A DNA stretch of 64,000 nucleotides from the NCBI GenBank assembly GCA_965215015.1, contig OZ244042.1, positions 5,664,001 through 5,728,000 of the forward strand, in the 5' to 3' direction. Source of the stretch: Candidatus Poribacteria bacterium (GTDB lineage: Bacteria; Poribacteria; WGA-4E; PCPOR2b). Positions 9,790 to 19,585 of this stretch are shown in pieces (the first letter of the stretch is position 1; every line of letters starts with the position of its first letter). Below the pieces are notes generated by a model. The model searched no databases. It had not been told where the DNA came from and was given only the letters and a program-made list of their open reading frames with translations. Made by a program: the position numbers and the translations under genes.

Positions 9790-11466
9790 ATGAAATACAG
9801 CGAATTTTTCCATACAATTCAGGGCGAAGGCAAATTGATTGGCGTGCCCTCCGTTTTCTTTCGGACCAGTTACTGCAATCTGAGATGTGTGTGGTGTTCC
9901 GCGGTAGGAACGCGCGTTTTACGTTCAGATCTCAGATGGATGCCCATTGAAAACCTCAGTCCCGGCGATTGGGTGGTGGGTGCATTGCGCCAAGACAAAG
10001 GAGGACACCTGCAATTACAGCCAACTGAGGTTGTCGAAACCTTGGTCCGCCGAACCCCCACGGTTCGTTTCTTAACGGAAGATGGAATACAGCTCGCCTG
10101 TTCAGCAGATCACCTATTATATCAAGTAGCAACTCGAACTCAGGATAGTTCTAAAATTCACGTTGGCTGGAGAAAGGCGAGAAACCTCAGTGCAGGTGAA
10201 GCAGTTCGTTGTATACTCCCACCCGAAGAGCCACAATTGGACGTGGAGGCGTATGAAAGAGGTTGGCTATGTGGAGTGGTAGAGGGGACCGGCTGCTTTT
10301 GGAGTGTACAAAAAGGGAATAAAAGTTACCGCCGATTTCGACTCACTTTATCGAACCTTTCACTATTGGAACAATTCCATCTATTTGCCAAACGTGCGGG
10401 TTACCGTCTACATTTTGCCCCACATCAGTATTGTGGATTCAAAGGATATAGTGTGATGGAGGCGTTATACCTGACAGAATCCCAAAGTGCCGAATCCTTT
10501 GAGCGATGGTTGACAGCACACCCACAAGACCCAAGTTACTATCGTGGCTGGTTAGGAGGCTTTTTTGATGCGGGAGGTAGTTATACTGGTACAATTCACC
10601 TTGATCAGAAGGAGGGAATAGTTAAACAAAAGGCGATCGACTTTGCAACGAAACTAGGATTTCAGCCAACTAGCGAATCCCGTGGAATTAGATTGGGTGG
10701 AACGACCCCTGAGGTTCTAAGGTTTTATTCACTATGTCAACCCCAATCTCCCAACAAGTGGAATTTTTGGGGCATTTCTAGTCAGGCGCGTCAACATATT
10801 GTTGATGTAGAACACACTGCCGCCGAAGAGGTGATTTCCCTCAAGACCGCATCCGGCACTTATGTTAGCGAGGGGATACTTTCCCACAACTGCGATACCC
10901 CTTTCACCTCTTGGAATCCAGAGAATAAGGACATCACCCTCACGGAAGCGGTCGAAACTATCACAAAATACGATTGTAAGCATGTTGTCATCACAGGGGG
11001 TGAACCGTTTATCCAAGTCAAGGAATTGACCGAGCTCTGCCGAGAGCTTGATCAACGTGGTCATCACATTACGATCGAGACGAATGGGACCATTTTTGCA
11101 CCTGTGGCGGCACATCTCATCTCTATGAGTCCCAAGCTACGAAACTCCAATCCGCCCAGTGCCAATCGCTTTTTTCAAAGACATGAGCGCGGACGCATCT
11201 GCCCCGATGTCATCCGGCAATTCCTGGATCGGTACGAGTGTCAGGTCAAGTTTGTTGTTGACCAACCTGCAGATCTTGAAGAGGTTCAGACGCTACAGAC
11301 AGAAATTTCCATCCCCGCAGAAACAATTGTGCTGATGCCCCAAGGCATAACCCCCGAAGAATTGGCACCTAAACAGGAGTGGCTTGTGGACATCTGTAAG
11401 GAGCACGGATATCGCTATTCACCGCGGGTTCACGTTGATATTTGGGGAGATAAACGGGGGGTGTAA
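9790..11466 (+). CDS. queE: 7-carboxy-7-deazaguanine synthase (radical SAM), intein-containing
   Basis: EFFHTIQGEG...G.PSVFFR..CNLRCVW/CDTP, VITGGEP, IETNGT, SPKL, SPRVH. Spliced extein is 226 aa. Confidence 0.9.
   Translation: MKYSEFFHTIQGEGKLIGVPSVFFRTSYCNLRCVWCSAVGTRVLRSDLRWMPIENLSPGDWVVGALRQDKGGHLQLQPTEVVETLVRRTPTVRFLTEDGIQLACSADHLLYQVATRTQDSSKIHVGWRKARNLSAGEAVRCILPPEEPQLDVEAYERGWLCGVVEGTGCFWSVQKGNKSYRRFRLTLSNLSLLEQFHLFAKRAGYRLHFAPHQYCGFKGYSVMEALYLTESQSAESFERWLTAHPQDPSYYRGWLGGFFDAGGSYTGTIHLDQKEGIVKQKAIDFATKLGFQPTSESRGIRLGGTTPEVLRFYSLCQPQSPNKWNFWGISSQARQHIVDVEHTAAEEVISLKTASGTYVSEGILSHNCDTPFTSWNPENKDITLTEAVETITKYDCKHVVITGGEPFIQVKELTELCRELDQRGHHITIETNGTIFAPVAAHLISMSPKLRNSNPPSANRFFQRHERGRICPDVIRQFLDRYECQVKFVVDQPADLEEVQTLQTEISIPAETIVLMPQGITPEELAPKQEWLVDICKEHGYRYSPRVHVDIWGDKRGV
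9895..10890 (+). mobile_element. Intein (332 aa) with degenerate LAGLIDADG endonuclease
   Basis: Starts CSAVGTRV, block B CSADH, ends GILSHN followed by Cys. Motifs WLCGVVEGTG and WLGGFFDAGG. Confidence 0.92.
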
Positions 11467-11540
11467 TACTAGTCTACCGCCGATTTCAGAAACATGGCGA
11501 TGAAGCGAAAATACAAGAAGAATAATGGGGAACAATCTCA

Positions 11541-12656
11541 ATGAAATACGACATACTGCTCAAAGGTGGGACCGTTATTGACCCCGCACAGAAATTACAT
11601 GACCGGCGAGATATCGCAATTGCCGATGGAAAGATTGCGGCAATTGAGGATGATATTTCTGCAAGAGAGGCAACGCAAACCGTCTTCGTTGATGGAAAGT
11701 ATGTGACCCCTGGCTTAGTGGACATCCACGCTCATGTCTACGCAGGTGTTACGACATGGGGGGTTAAAGCGGATCCGGTCTGCACAACGACCGGTGTCAC
11801 AACAATCGTTGATGCCGGTAGCCCAAGTTGGGCGACATTCCCCGGCTTTCGGGAGTATATTGCACAGCCGGCGCAAACGCACATATTAACCTATATCCAT
11901 ATCTCTGGCATCGGTCTCGTCTATGGGCCCGTTGGCGAGATGCACGAGCTTGAATACGCCCATCCAGAGAAGGTCGCTGACACACTCATGCAGAATCGTG
12001 ACATCACCGTCGGCGTTAAAGTGCGTCAGGGCAAATCCCAAGTCGGTGATAATGGCGTTGAACCGTTGAAGTTGGCGATCAAAGCCGCTCAAATTGCCGA
12101 CACTTCTGTCATGGTGCATATCGGGACCGGTGTGCCGCTTCCCGATGTTCTAAAACTGATGCGCCCCGGCGATGTCGTCACTCACTGCTTTCAAGGAAAC
12201 GGTGACTGTATCGTTGATGATAACGGACGGGTTATCCCGGATGCGTGGGCAGCTCGCGAAGATGGAGTTATCTTCGATGTCGGTCATGGCGGCGGGAGTT
12301 TTAATTACGAGGTTGCCCAACGTGCAATGGAGCAGGGATTCATCTCTGACGTCATCAGTACAGACCTGCACTCCGGCAATATCAACGGTCCTGTCTACGA
12401 CCTCCCGACAACGTTATCAAAATTCTTAAATCTTGGGCTTTCGCTTGAGGAGGTCATTGAAAAATCGACGATTGCTGCGGCAAGGGCAGTTGGGCGTGAG
12501 GACGAACTCGGTCATCTCAAAATCGGGACGATTGCCGATATCGCTGCTTTTGATGTCATTGAAGGTGAATTTGAGCTTTTCGATACACACGGTACGATGG
12601 TTATCGCCAACCGGAAGCTGCAAACAGACTTAACGATCCGTGAGGGAAAGTTGTGA
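11541..12656 (+). CDS. Amidohydrolase/dihydroorotase-like metallohydrolase
   Basis: PGLVDIHAH, VDAGS, MVHI, VTHCF, DVGHG, ISTDLH. Confidence 0.9.
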   Translation: MKYDILLKGGTVIDPAQKLHDRRDIAIADGKIAAIEDDISAREATQTVFVDGKYVTPGLVDIHAHVYAGVTTWGVKADPVCTTTGVTTIVDAGSPSWATFPGFREYIAQPAQTHILTYIHISGIGLVYGPVGEMHELEYAHPEKVADTLMQNRDITVGVKVRQGKSQVGDNGVEPLKLAIKAAQIADTSVMVHIGTGVPLPDVLKLMRPGDVVTHCFQGNGDCIVDDNGRVIPDAWAAREDGVIFDVGHGGGSFNYEVAQRAMEQGFISDVISTDLHSGNINGPVYDLPTTLSKFLNLGLSLEEVIEKSTIAAARAVGREDELGHLKIGTIADIAAFDVIEGEFELFDTHGTMVIANRKLQTDLTIREGKL

Positions 12657-13072
12657 CAATGGTGCAGAGGAAAGGTTGTTATCGGCGCGTTGTGACGACC
12701 GGGCTAACTGTTGTAATCATCATTGCCGGGGTCGGGGTTTTACTTTATCAAAGGTTGGGCGGCCCGGAAGGGGCGCGATATTGGATCGCGGAACGGGCCT
12801 TAAACGCTGTCGAAGCGCACCTATTGACGAAAGCCCCGGATGGCAACTGGCTACGGAAACCGGATGGTGTCTCCGCCAAGGAAATCCGCTCTCAGTTTGA
12901 GCGCGTCCGAAAAGCGACCGTAGACCGTCAGACGGATTTGATACGACTGAATCAGATTCTTAGAGACTACCTATCCAAGTTTCAGCACACACAGCCAGCG
13001 ACAAGCGAAGTCATTGAATTTCTGAACGCTATTGAAGGGACAATTATATCCAAAGCAAGCGTGGGGGGCTAA
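12653..13072 (+). CDS. Hypothetical membrane-anchored protein
   Basis: Overlaps the upstream stop (GTGA); N-terminal TM helix. Confidence 0.7.
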   Translation: MTMVQRKGCYRRVVTTGLTVVIIIAGVGVLLYQRLGGPEGARYWIAERALNAVEAHLLTKAPDGNWLRKPDGVSAKEIRSQFERVRKATVDRQTDLIRLNQILRDYLSKFQHTQPATSEVIEFLNAIEGTIISKASVGG

Positions 13073-13114
13073 CCGGGGATAAAAACTCTGATGGATTATG
13101 TTTCGTAATCAACA

Positions 13115-14407
13115 TCAGGCTGCAGCACGAATATTCGCACGTGTGCCATCTACATCAAAGCAAGCAAACTGATTGTCTCGCATTAGGCGTGTAGCAATCT
13201 GCATCGCCTGTTTTTCGTTCATATATCCCTCCACAATCTCTCCTTCAAGGGTGCGGCGAATCTCGTTACGCGCTTGAATCGCGTAAGCCATTGAACTAGT
13301 GGGCCAACCCGTGTCTCCGCCAAAGGCAAATATCTTATTCAATGGAACCGCGTGGATGAACCGACGTAGGAAGTCCCGGGAGCTATACGGATCTATACTC
13401 CATGCCCAACAAAGATCGACCCAGATATTACGATAGTGCTTCGCTAGGGCGACCAGCTCATCGTTATAGGGATAGGCGATGTGCATCAGGACAAACTTGG
13501 CATCCAGGTAGCGGGCAAAGAGCGCACACATATTCCCAGCGGGGATTCGACGCACCGGCATTCGGTCATTTCCCGCGTAGTAGCCTGTGTGAATTTTGAA
13601 TGGAAGGTTATGTTTGATCGACAATTCGACCCCACGCGCCCAACACCAATCGCCTAAGCAGAGGTAGGTTTCAACGCTCAGCTCCGCTGCGGGTTGGGTT
13701 AGCACCCGGTTGAGTGCAGCTGACGCCTCGACATCGTTCCGTTCGATCCAGTTGAGGGTTCGGTTATAGGCGTGCTGCGCCTTCACCGCAATAGCGCATG
13801 GCGCATACTTCTCGAAAATTGCCTCCATCCCCTCTTTCAGCGTCCGGAGATCCTTCACCTCAATACCTGTCTCAGCGTGGATCTGTTCCGTGTTGATTTG
13901 TCCATTGCAAAAACCAGCCCACGAGAGGTCGTAGAGAAAGAAGTCCAGCCCGGAGTGATCGGGTAAGCAGGGCCAACTGAAATCGTCAGTCTGCACATGG
14001 TCTAGATTCGCTACGTCGTGCAGTAGGCGATAACGTTCACCGGGCTTGCGCAGCACTTTAATTTTTTCACTCGCCATTTCTAAGGCTTCTCCAGTGAGTT
14101 CGTCTATTCCGTAGACGTGCTCTGCAATGAGGCGCACCGCCTCGCCGTATCCAGTGAATTGCGTCGCTTCCCACGCCTCCTGAATTCCCTTGAAACGTCC
14201 GACAATATCCGGGTCTGAAGCGTCCATCAAGCGTTGCATTGCATCCGGCGATGCCCCTGCTGTGTTAAGGTCTGCGGGAACATAATTCCCAAATAGGTCC
14301 TGTAAGATGTCAGGACCGTTTTCCAACCAATCCGGTTCTTTTCGCAGATGTTCATGCGTGTCAACCAGAGGGGTCGCTTGGATGTGGTGTACAAGATCTG
14401 TCGGCAT
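13115..14407 (-). CDS. Amidohydrolase family (Amidohydro_2-like) protein
   Basis: DTHEH, KIHTG, LMHIAYP, FGGD. Confidence 0.88.
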   Translation of the reverse strand: MPTDLVHHIQATPLVDTHEHLRKEPDWLENGPDILQDLFGNYVPADLNTAGASPDAMQRLMDASDPDIVGRFKGIQEAWEATQFTGYGEAVRLIAEHVYGIDELTGEALEMASEKIKVLRKPGERYRLLHDVANLDHVQTDDFSWPCLPDHSGLDFFLYDLSWAGFCNGQINTEQIHAETGIEVKDLRTLKEGMEAIFEKYAPCAIAVKAQHAYNRTLNWIERNDVEASAALNRVLTQPAAELSVETYLCLGDWCWARGVELSIKHNLPFKIHTGYYAGNDRMPVRRIPAGNMCALFARYLDAKFVLMHIAYPYNDELVALAKHYRNIWVDLCWAWSIDPYSSRDFLRRFIHAVPLNKIFAFGGDTGWPTSSMAYAIQARNEIRRTLEGEIVEGYMNEKQAMQIATRLMRDNQFACFDVDGTRANIRAAA

Positions 14408-14582
14408 ATTTCTAGTCCTTTCTGACTTTGAATCGTGATATAATCATCGCGGAATTTGGTATTAATTGTTAGTTTAACGTAGGTTGCTAATAGTAAGTAT
14501 ACTCCGTATGCCGTAACCTCTTCGGTTAGTTTAACAGAGCTTCGGTTTTTACTCAAGAGATTTATAAAAGGAGGTGTGAGTT

Positions 14583-15401
14583 ATGGATTATGAAACAACG
14601 CAGACACAGGCTGCTACAATGGAGATTGGACTGCTTATCGGCAGCCTAGACCGACTGGAGGATGTCGCAGCGTGGGGCTATGACTACGCCGAAATCTCTC
14701 CCAGTCTCCTAGGAATTGACGAAGAAGCTGGGACTATCCAACAAAAAGTTCTCGAACGAATTGAGGCATCGCCGGTGCCTGTTGCGGCAATGTGCGGCTT
14801 TTTGGCTCGGTCAAAAGTGGTTGGCCCGGCGGTTGATAACACACAAGTGCGCGATTATGTCATACGCCTGTTCGACGCGATGCAGCAGACTGGGGTCTCA
14901 GTGATCGGCTACGGCAGCGGCGGATCTCGTTTCGTCCCTGACGGATTTTCTCGGGACCGGGCATGGGCACAGGTGAATGACTTCCTCCAGATGTGCGCTG
15001 ACTTGGGTGAACCACGCGGGGTACAGGTCGCCCTTGAGCCGTATAATTACGACGACGCGAACCTAATCAATACGGTTCCAGAGGGGGTTGAGATGGTTCG
15101 GAAAGTCAACCGCCCCGGTATCCAGTTGATGGCGGATTTCTTTCACATGCGGCTGAACAGTGAGTCATTCGATACGCTCGCAACCGCAGGCCCCCACCTG
15201 ATTCACGCACATATTGCCGAGCCGGGACGGGGGCACCCGCAAACAACCTCAGTGGAGCACGCAGCATATCTCCAAGCATTGTATGAGGTTGGGTACTATG
15301 GGCGCGTGACACAGACCGGTGAACTACCCGCTTACGATTCACCCGAGGAAGCTGCTGCAACACTCAAACGGTTCGCTTGTCAAGGAGGGGAGAAGAAATG
15401 A
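14583..15401 (+). CDS. Sugar-phosphate isomerase/epimerase (TIM barrel)
   Basis: ALEPYN, MADFFHM, HAHIAE. Confidence 0.88.
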   Translation: MDYETTQTQAATMEIGLLIGSLDRLEDVAAWGYDYAEISPSLLGIDEEAGTIQQKVLERIEASPVPVAAMCGFLARSKVVGPAVDNTQVRDYVIRLFDAMQQTGVSVIGYGSGGSRFVPDGFSRDRAWAQVNDFLQMCADLGEPRGVQVALEPYNYDDANLINTVPEGVEMVRKVNRPGIQLMADFFHMRLNSESFDTLATAGPHLIHAHIAEPGRGHPQTTSVEHAAYLQALYEVGYYGRVTQTGELPAYDSPEEAAATLKRFACQGGEKK

Positions 15402-16096
15402 CAGTACCGACTTTCCACTACAACCGCATCGTTGACCTTTCACGTCCATTGGTTCCGAGTGAGGGGCAGCATCCGTGGGTTCGGTTTGAGACACGGATTG
15501 ATAGCATCGTCAGCGATCCCGAAACCGCCCCAGCGTCAGGTCGTTGGTATGTGGTGACACAGATTGGGATGAGCGGTCATGCGGGCACCCATGTTGAAGC
15601 TCCCTTGCATGCAGTCCAGAACGGGGCCGCGGTTGGCGAGCTGCCGGTCGAGCAATTCTTTGGTGAGGCGGCTATCCTAGACCTCAGTGATGTACCTTGG
15701 TCAATGCCTATTGGGCGTCCACGCCTCGAGGAAGCGGCATCGCAAGCCGGGGGTATCCGGGCGGGTGATATTGTTTTTATCTATTTTGGTTGGGATCGTC
15801 GTACTGAAACTGAAAGCGGGGGACCGCCCTATCCCACGCCTGATGCACTCCAATGGTTAGTCAATTCGGGGATAAAATTAATCGGCATCGACAGCCCTGG
15901 ACTGGAGGTGCCGGGCAATCGCGAACTGATTAACCACCACATTTTGTTTGACCGGGGAATCCCGTTAATCGAGAGTCTCGCTCATTTAGAAGATCTCCGC
16001 GAAAGTCGTGTGTACGTTTTCGCGCAACCGCTGCCCGTCCTTGAAACGGACGCTATACCGCTGCGTGTACTGGCATTCGAGAGGACATCCGAATAA
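15398..16096 (+). CDS. Cyclase family (kynurenine formamidase-like) metal hydrolase
   Basis: HAGTHVEAPLH, IGIDSP, LIESL. Confidence 0.9.
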   Translation: MTVPTFHYNRIVDLSRPLVPSEGQHPWVRFETRIDSIVSDPETAPASGRWYVVTQIGMSGHAGTHVEAPLHAVQNGAAVGELPVEQFFGEAAILDLSDVPWSMPIGRPRLEEAASQAGGIRAGDIVFIYFGWDRRTETESGGPPYPTPDALQWLVNSGIKLIGIDSPGLEVPGNRELINHHILFDRGIPLIESLAHLEDLRESRVYVFAQPLPVLETDAIPLRVLAFERTSE

Positions 16097-16198
16097 TAGC
16101 CAGGCTCATAATAAAAAGAAAGTGCAAGGCGCAAAGAGCCCCCGCGTTTTTTTCGGCAAAGCTCGGGGTCTGTTGCACAATTTCGTAACATGAGCCAA

Positions 16199-16263
16199 AC
16201 AATTTTGCCCGGAAGGGGGCTCGTGACGAGCCAAAGACTTGTCACAAGCATAAACATCCGCAT
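16199..16263 (-). pseudogene. Truncated third copy of the PD40 gene (signal peptide only)
   Basis: MRMFMLVTSLWLVTSPLPGKIV plus the same upstream intergenic sequence; homology is then lost. Confidence 0.8.
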
Positions 16264-16291
16264 AGTAACACCTCAGTTAGGGGGCCCGTCC

Positions 16292-17278
16292 TCACGGGCG
16301 CGATACGGCGGATTTAATCCCCCCCCAGAACCGGGGGAACACCCCCTGGTGAGGGGGGACAGACAGGCGTGGATCCCATTCGTGGGGACCGAGATCGTCT
16401 TGGGGATGATTCGTCAACTGAGTCAGCTGCCCGTCCACAAGCCGAAAACGGTAAATCTCCCAGTTATTGCCCTCCGTTCTAAAGGTAACCCCCCGATTTC
16501 TCCCAGCAAACAGAATGGACTTCCCATCAACAGACCAAACTTCACTGGTCATATTCCAACGCGGCAAGCGCAACAACTCACGCTTGACTACCTGCTGCCT
16601 CCCCGCCGGATGGAGTGTAGCTATCACCGTAGACGACTGGTTTGCATCAAACCCAACCGTTTCTACATACACAACCCGCCTCCCATCCGGCGACCACCCG
16701 CCCAAAAGCATACCTGTATTCGGCTTCGGTTGAGACACCCGCCACAACCCCCTGCCATTCGGACGAATCGCATAAATCTGCCGCCCTTGGTCAATAACAC
16801 CCTCAAAGAGAATCTGTTTCCCATCCGGCGACCATTGTGGGCTCGTAGCAAACTCCAGGCGTGTAACCTGTTTCACATTGCTCCCATCGGCATCCATCAC
16901 GAAGATATTGAGATCCGGATCTTTACCACTGTTCTGAGTGCTATCAAAAGCAATCTGATTTCCGTCCGGCGACCAGTTGGGATAACCATCAGATGCAGGA
17001 TGCCGGGTCAGGTTCCGTTGATGGCTCCCATCGGCATCCATCACATATATCTCCAAATTTCCGTCGCGTTTACTATGGAACGCAATCTGACTTCCGTCCG
17101 GGGACCAGACGGGAGCGGAATCACTCACCTCATTGAACGTCAGGCGTGTTTGGTTGCTCCCATCGGAGTTCATGGTGTAGATTTCAGTATTGCCATCCCG
17201 ATTAGAATAGAATACAATTTTGCCCTGAAGGGGGCCCGTGACGAGCCAGAGACTCGCCACAAGCAAAATAATACGCAT
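16292..17278 (-). CDS. TolB-like PD40 beta-propeller protein, copy A
   Basis: Repeated WSPDG.QIAF motifs; signal peptide; tail [17 protein letters not shown]. Confidence 0.9.
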   Translation of the reverse strand: MRIILLVASLWLVTGPLQGKIVFYSNRDGNTEIYTMNSDGSNQTRLTFNEVSDSAPVWSPDGSQIAFHSKRDGNLEIYVMDADGSHQRNLTRHPASDGYPNWSPDGNQIAFDSTQNSGKDPDLNIFVMDADGSNVKQVTRLEFATSPQWSPDGKQILFEGVIDQGRQIYAIRPNGRGLWRVSQPKPNTGMLLGGWSPDGRRVVYVETVGFDANQSSTVIATLHPAGRQQVVKRELLRLPRWNMTSEVWSVDGKSILFAGRNRGVTFRTEGNNWEIYRFRLVDGQLTQLTNHPQDDLGPHEWDPRLSVPPHQGVFPRFWGGIKSAVSRP

Positions 17279-17306
17279 AACGACACCTCAGTTAGGGGGC
17301 CCGTCC

Positions 17307-18293
17307 TCACGGGCGCGATACGGCGGATTTAATCCCCCCCCAGAACCGGGGGAATACCCCCTGGTGAGGGGGGACAGACAGGCGTGGATCCCATTCGTGG
17401 GGACCGAGATCGTCTTGGGGATGATTCGTCAACTGAGTGAGATGCCCGTCCACAAGCCGAAAACGGTAAATCTCCCAGTTATTGCCCTCCGTTCTAAAGG
17501 TGACCCCCCGATTTCTCCCAGCAAACAGAATGGACTTCCCATCAACAGACCAAACTTCACTGGTCATATTCCAACGCGGCAAGCGCAACAACTCACGCTT
17601 GACTACCTGCTGCCTCCCCGCCGGATGGAGTGTAGCTATCACCGTAGACGACTGGTTTGCATCAAACCCAACCGTTTCTACATACACAACCCGTCTCCCG
17701 TCCGGCGACCACCCGCCCAAAAACATGCCGGTATTCGGCTTCGGTTGAGACACCCGCCACAACCCCCTGCCATTCGGACGAATCGCATAAATCTGCCGCC
17801 CTTGGTCAATAACACCCTCAAAGAGAATCTGTTTCCCATCCGGCGACCATTGGGGGTTCGTCGCAAACTCCAGGCGTGTAACCTGTTTCACATTGCTCCC
17901 ATCGGCATCCATCACAAAGATGTTGAGATCCGGATCTTTACCGCTGTTCTGAGTGCTACGAAACGCAATCTGATTTCCGTCCGGCGACCAGGAGGGAACC
18001 CCATCAAATGCAGGATGCCGGGTCAGGTTTCGTTGATGGCTCCCATCGGCATCCATCACATACACCTCCTGATTCCCGTCCCGTTTACTATTGAACGCAA
18101 TCTGACTTCCGTCCGGCGACCAGACGGGAGCAGAATCACTGGCCTCATTGAATGTCAGGCGTGTTTGGTTGGTTCCATCGGAGTTCATGGTGTAGATTTC
18201 AGTGTTTCCGTCCCGATGAGAATAGAATACAATTTTGCCCGGAAGGGGGCTCGTGACGAGCCAGAGACTCGCCACAAGCAAAATAATACGCAT
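17307..18293 (-). CDS. TolB-like PD40 beta-propeller protein, copy B
   Basis: 328 aa, about 15 substitutions versus copy A; 1015-bp tandem unit. Confidence 0.9.
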   Translation of the reverse strand: MRIILLVASLWLVTSPLPGKIVFYSHRDGNTEIYTMNSDGTNQTRLTFNEASDSAPVWSPDGSQIAFNSKRDGNQEVYVMDADGSHQRNLTRHPAFDGVPSWSPDGNQIAFRSTQNSGKDPDLNIFVMDADGSNVKQVTRLEFATNPQWSPDGKQILFEGVIDQGRQIYAIRPNGRGLWRVSQPKPNTGMFLGGWSPDGRRVVYVETVGFDANQSSTVIATLHPAGRQQVVKRELLRLPRWNMTSEVWSVDGKSILFAGRNRGVTFRTEGNNWEIYRFRLVDGHLTQLTNHPQDDLGPHEWDPRLSVPPHQGVFPRFWGGIKSAVSRP

Positions 18294-18304
18294 AACGACA
18301 CCTC

Positions 18305-18808
18305 CTATTCAACATCAATCATCTGAAACTCAGTGACTTTGAGCTCTGCTTCGCCCGGCACTCTGACAAGTTTACCACCTTTACGGATTTCAATCCGTGT
18401 ATACGCCTCGATTTCATAATCGCGGTCTGGGTTCAAACCCCCAACACTTGTACCGAGTCCTCGACTATCGCTGTCCCATTCGTACTGCCCTCTTATTATG
18501 GGTCCATCTTCGAGAACCTTAACCTCTCTTACAATTATCCCCAGAATAAGATCGTGGACAAAATGGGCAAACTCATATGTCACCTTGACGCCGGCGGGCA
18601 TATCACTGTAGAGCTCAATCTGGTAACTGTGAGAGCTGTATGTCTCATTATACTGATGGCTTAGACTACCAACATAGATGTCCCACATGATATCATCGGT
18701 GAAACCCGAGTCTGAACTGGAAGAAACCGTTTGAGTGAGAATCAATATACCAATCAGAAAAACAATCAGCAAAAACGCGATATTTCGGATAATCCTTGTG
18801 CGTAACAT
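18305..18808 (-). CDS. Small secreted acidic hypothetical protein (167 aa)
   Basis: RBS ggagg before ATG 18808; hydrophobic N-terminus; ends 11 bp upstream of the PD40 gene. Confidence 0.8.
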   Translation of the reverse strand: MLRTRIIRNIAFLLIVFLIGILILTQTVSSSSDSGFTDDIMWDIYVGSLSHQYNETYSSHSYQIELYSDMPAGVKVTYEFAHFVHDLILGIIVREVKVLEDGPIIRGQYEWDSDSRGLGTSVGGLNPDRDYEIEAYTRIEIRKGGKLVRVPGEAELKVTEFQMIDVE

Positions 18809-18927
18809 GATTAAACCCTCCATCTGTGTGGTTAGGAATGTTTTGACATTCCGTTAGGCGAAAGTTAATTCACATATCCGATTCGCTTTTTCACTAAGTA
18901 TTCACAGTGTTGACAACTTAAAGTTAT

Positions 18928-18943
18928 AGCAAAGCTCATGCCA
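18928..18943 (-). promoter_or_regulatory. Sigma54 (-24/-12) promoter
   Basis: Minus strand TGGCAT-GAGCT-TTGCT. Confidence 0.8.
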
Positions 18944-19190
18944 ACATTTTGAACGGGGGTTGAGGGAGGGCCGCGACCCGTTCTCGTAAACTAAATCGTC
19001 CCGAAATACGGACATCTATCAGACGTAAGATTGAGTTGAGCCCTAATACATAAAGGATAAAGGGGTGGCCGAACAGTGTTCGATCTGCTGCTATCCATCA
19101 AAGGTATAATGAAAACCATCCCATTTTCCGTTACCGGCTCGCCATATTTTTCCAACCGATTGTTTATGTCGTTAAATATCGAATGGATTT

Positions 19191-19247
19191 TTGACAGAAT
19201 GTCAGGCGAATACGCCGAAAATCATCAAATATTGACAAAATGTCAAT
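19191..19247. promoter_or_regulatory. Two palindromic sites TTGACA-N3-TGTCA(A/G) (putative enhancer/UAS)
   Basis: ttgacagaatgtcag at 19191 and attgacaaaatgtcaat at 19231, about 250-300 bp upstream of the sigma54 promoter. Confidence 0.55.
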
Positions 19248-19585
19248 ACGGTTTAAGAACCTGTTTGAAAAATCCCAATTAATCTCTGAAAATTATCATT
19301 CCACGGGTAAATACCCTTAAAAATTGCTATAATTATCAATTACGCCCCCATATCCAAGAACCTTTGGAGCCAGTCAGCTGTGGGAAATTTGAACGTGCAA
19401 TGAATTGCACTACTACGAACTCATGTCTAAGGGTTTCTGGAGCCGGTCGTCTGTGGGGCACCACTGCTCTATTTTTTTTGTTTGCTTTGTTTTTTCGATA
19501 TTTCAGATCAAAATTTTTCTCTGAGCCTCTTTGTTATCCCATTGATTGATGGTAAGGGCCTATCGCCACGGATTTGTATCCCTCA

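Noticed and set aside
9790-11466. 7-deazaguanine DNA-modification (dpd) island
   Set aside because: No dpdA/tgt, queC, queD or folE in the window; ordinary queuosine synthesis is simpler.
16292-18293. Diversity-generating retroelement TR/VR pair
   Set aside because: Differences are not adenine-specific (e.g. tct/ttt, tat/gtt), whole genes are duplicated, and no reverse transcriptase is present.
16190-18326. Long plus-strand ORFs of 380 and 362 aa
   Set aside because: Antisense shadows of the PD40 genes, duplicated only because the genes are.
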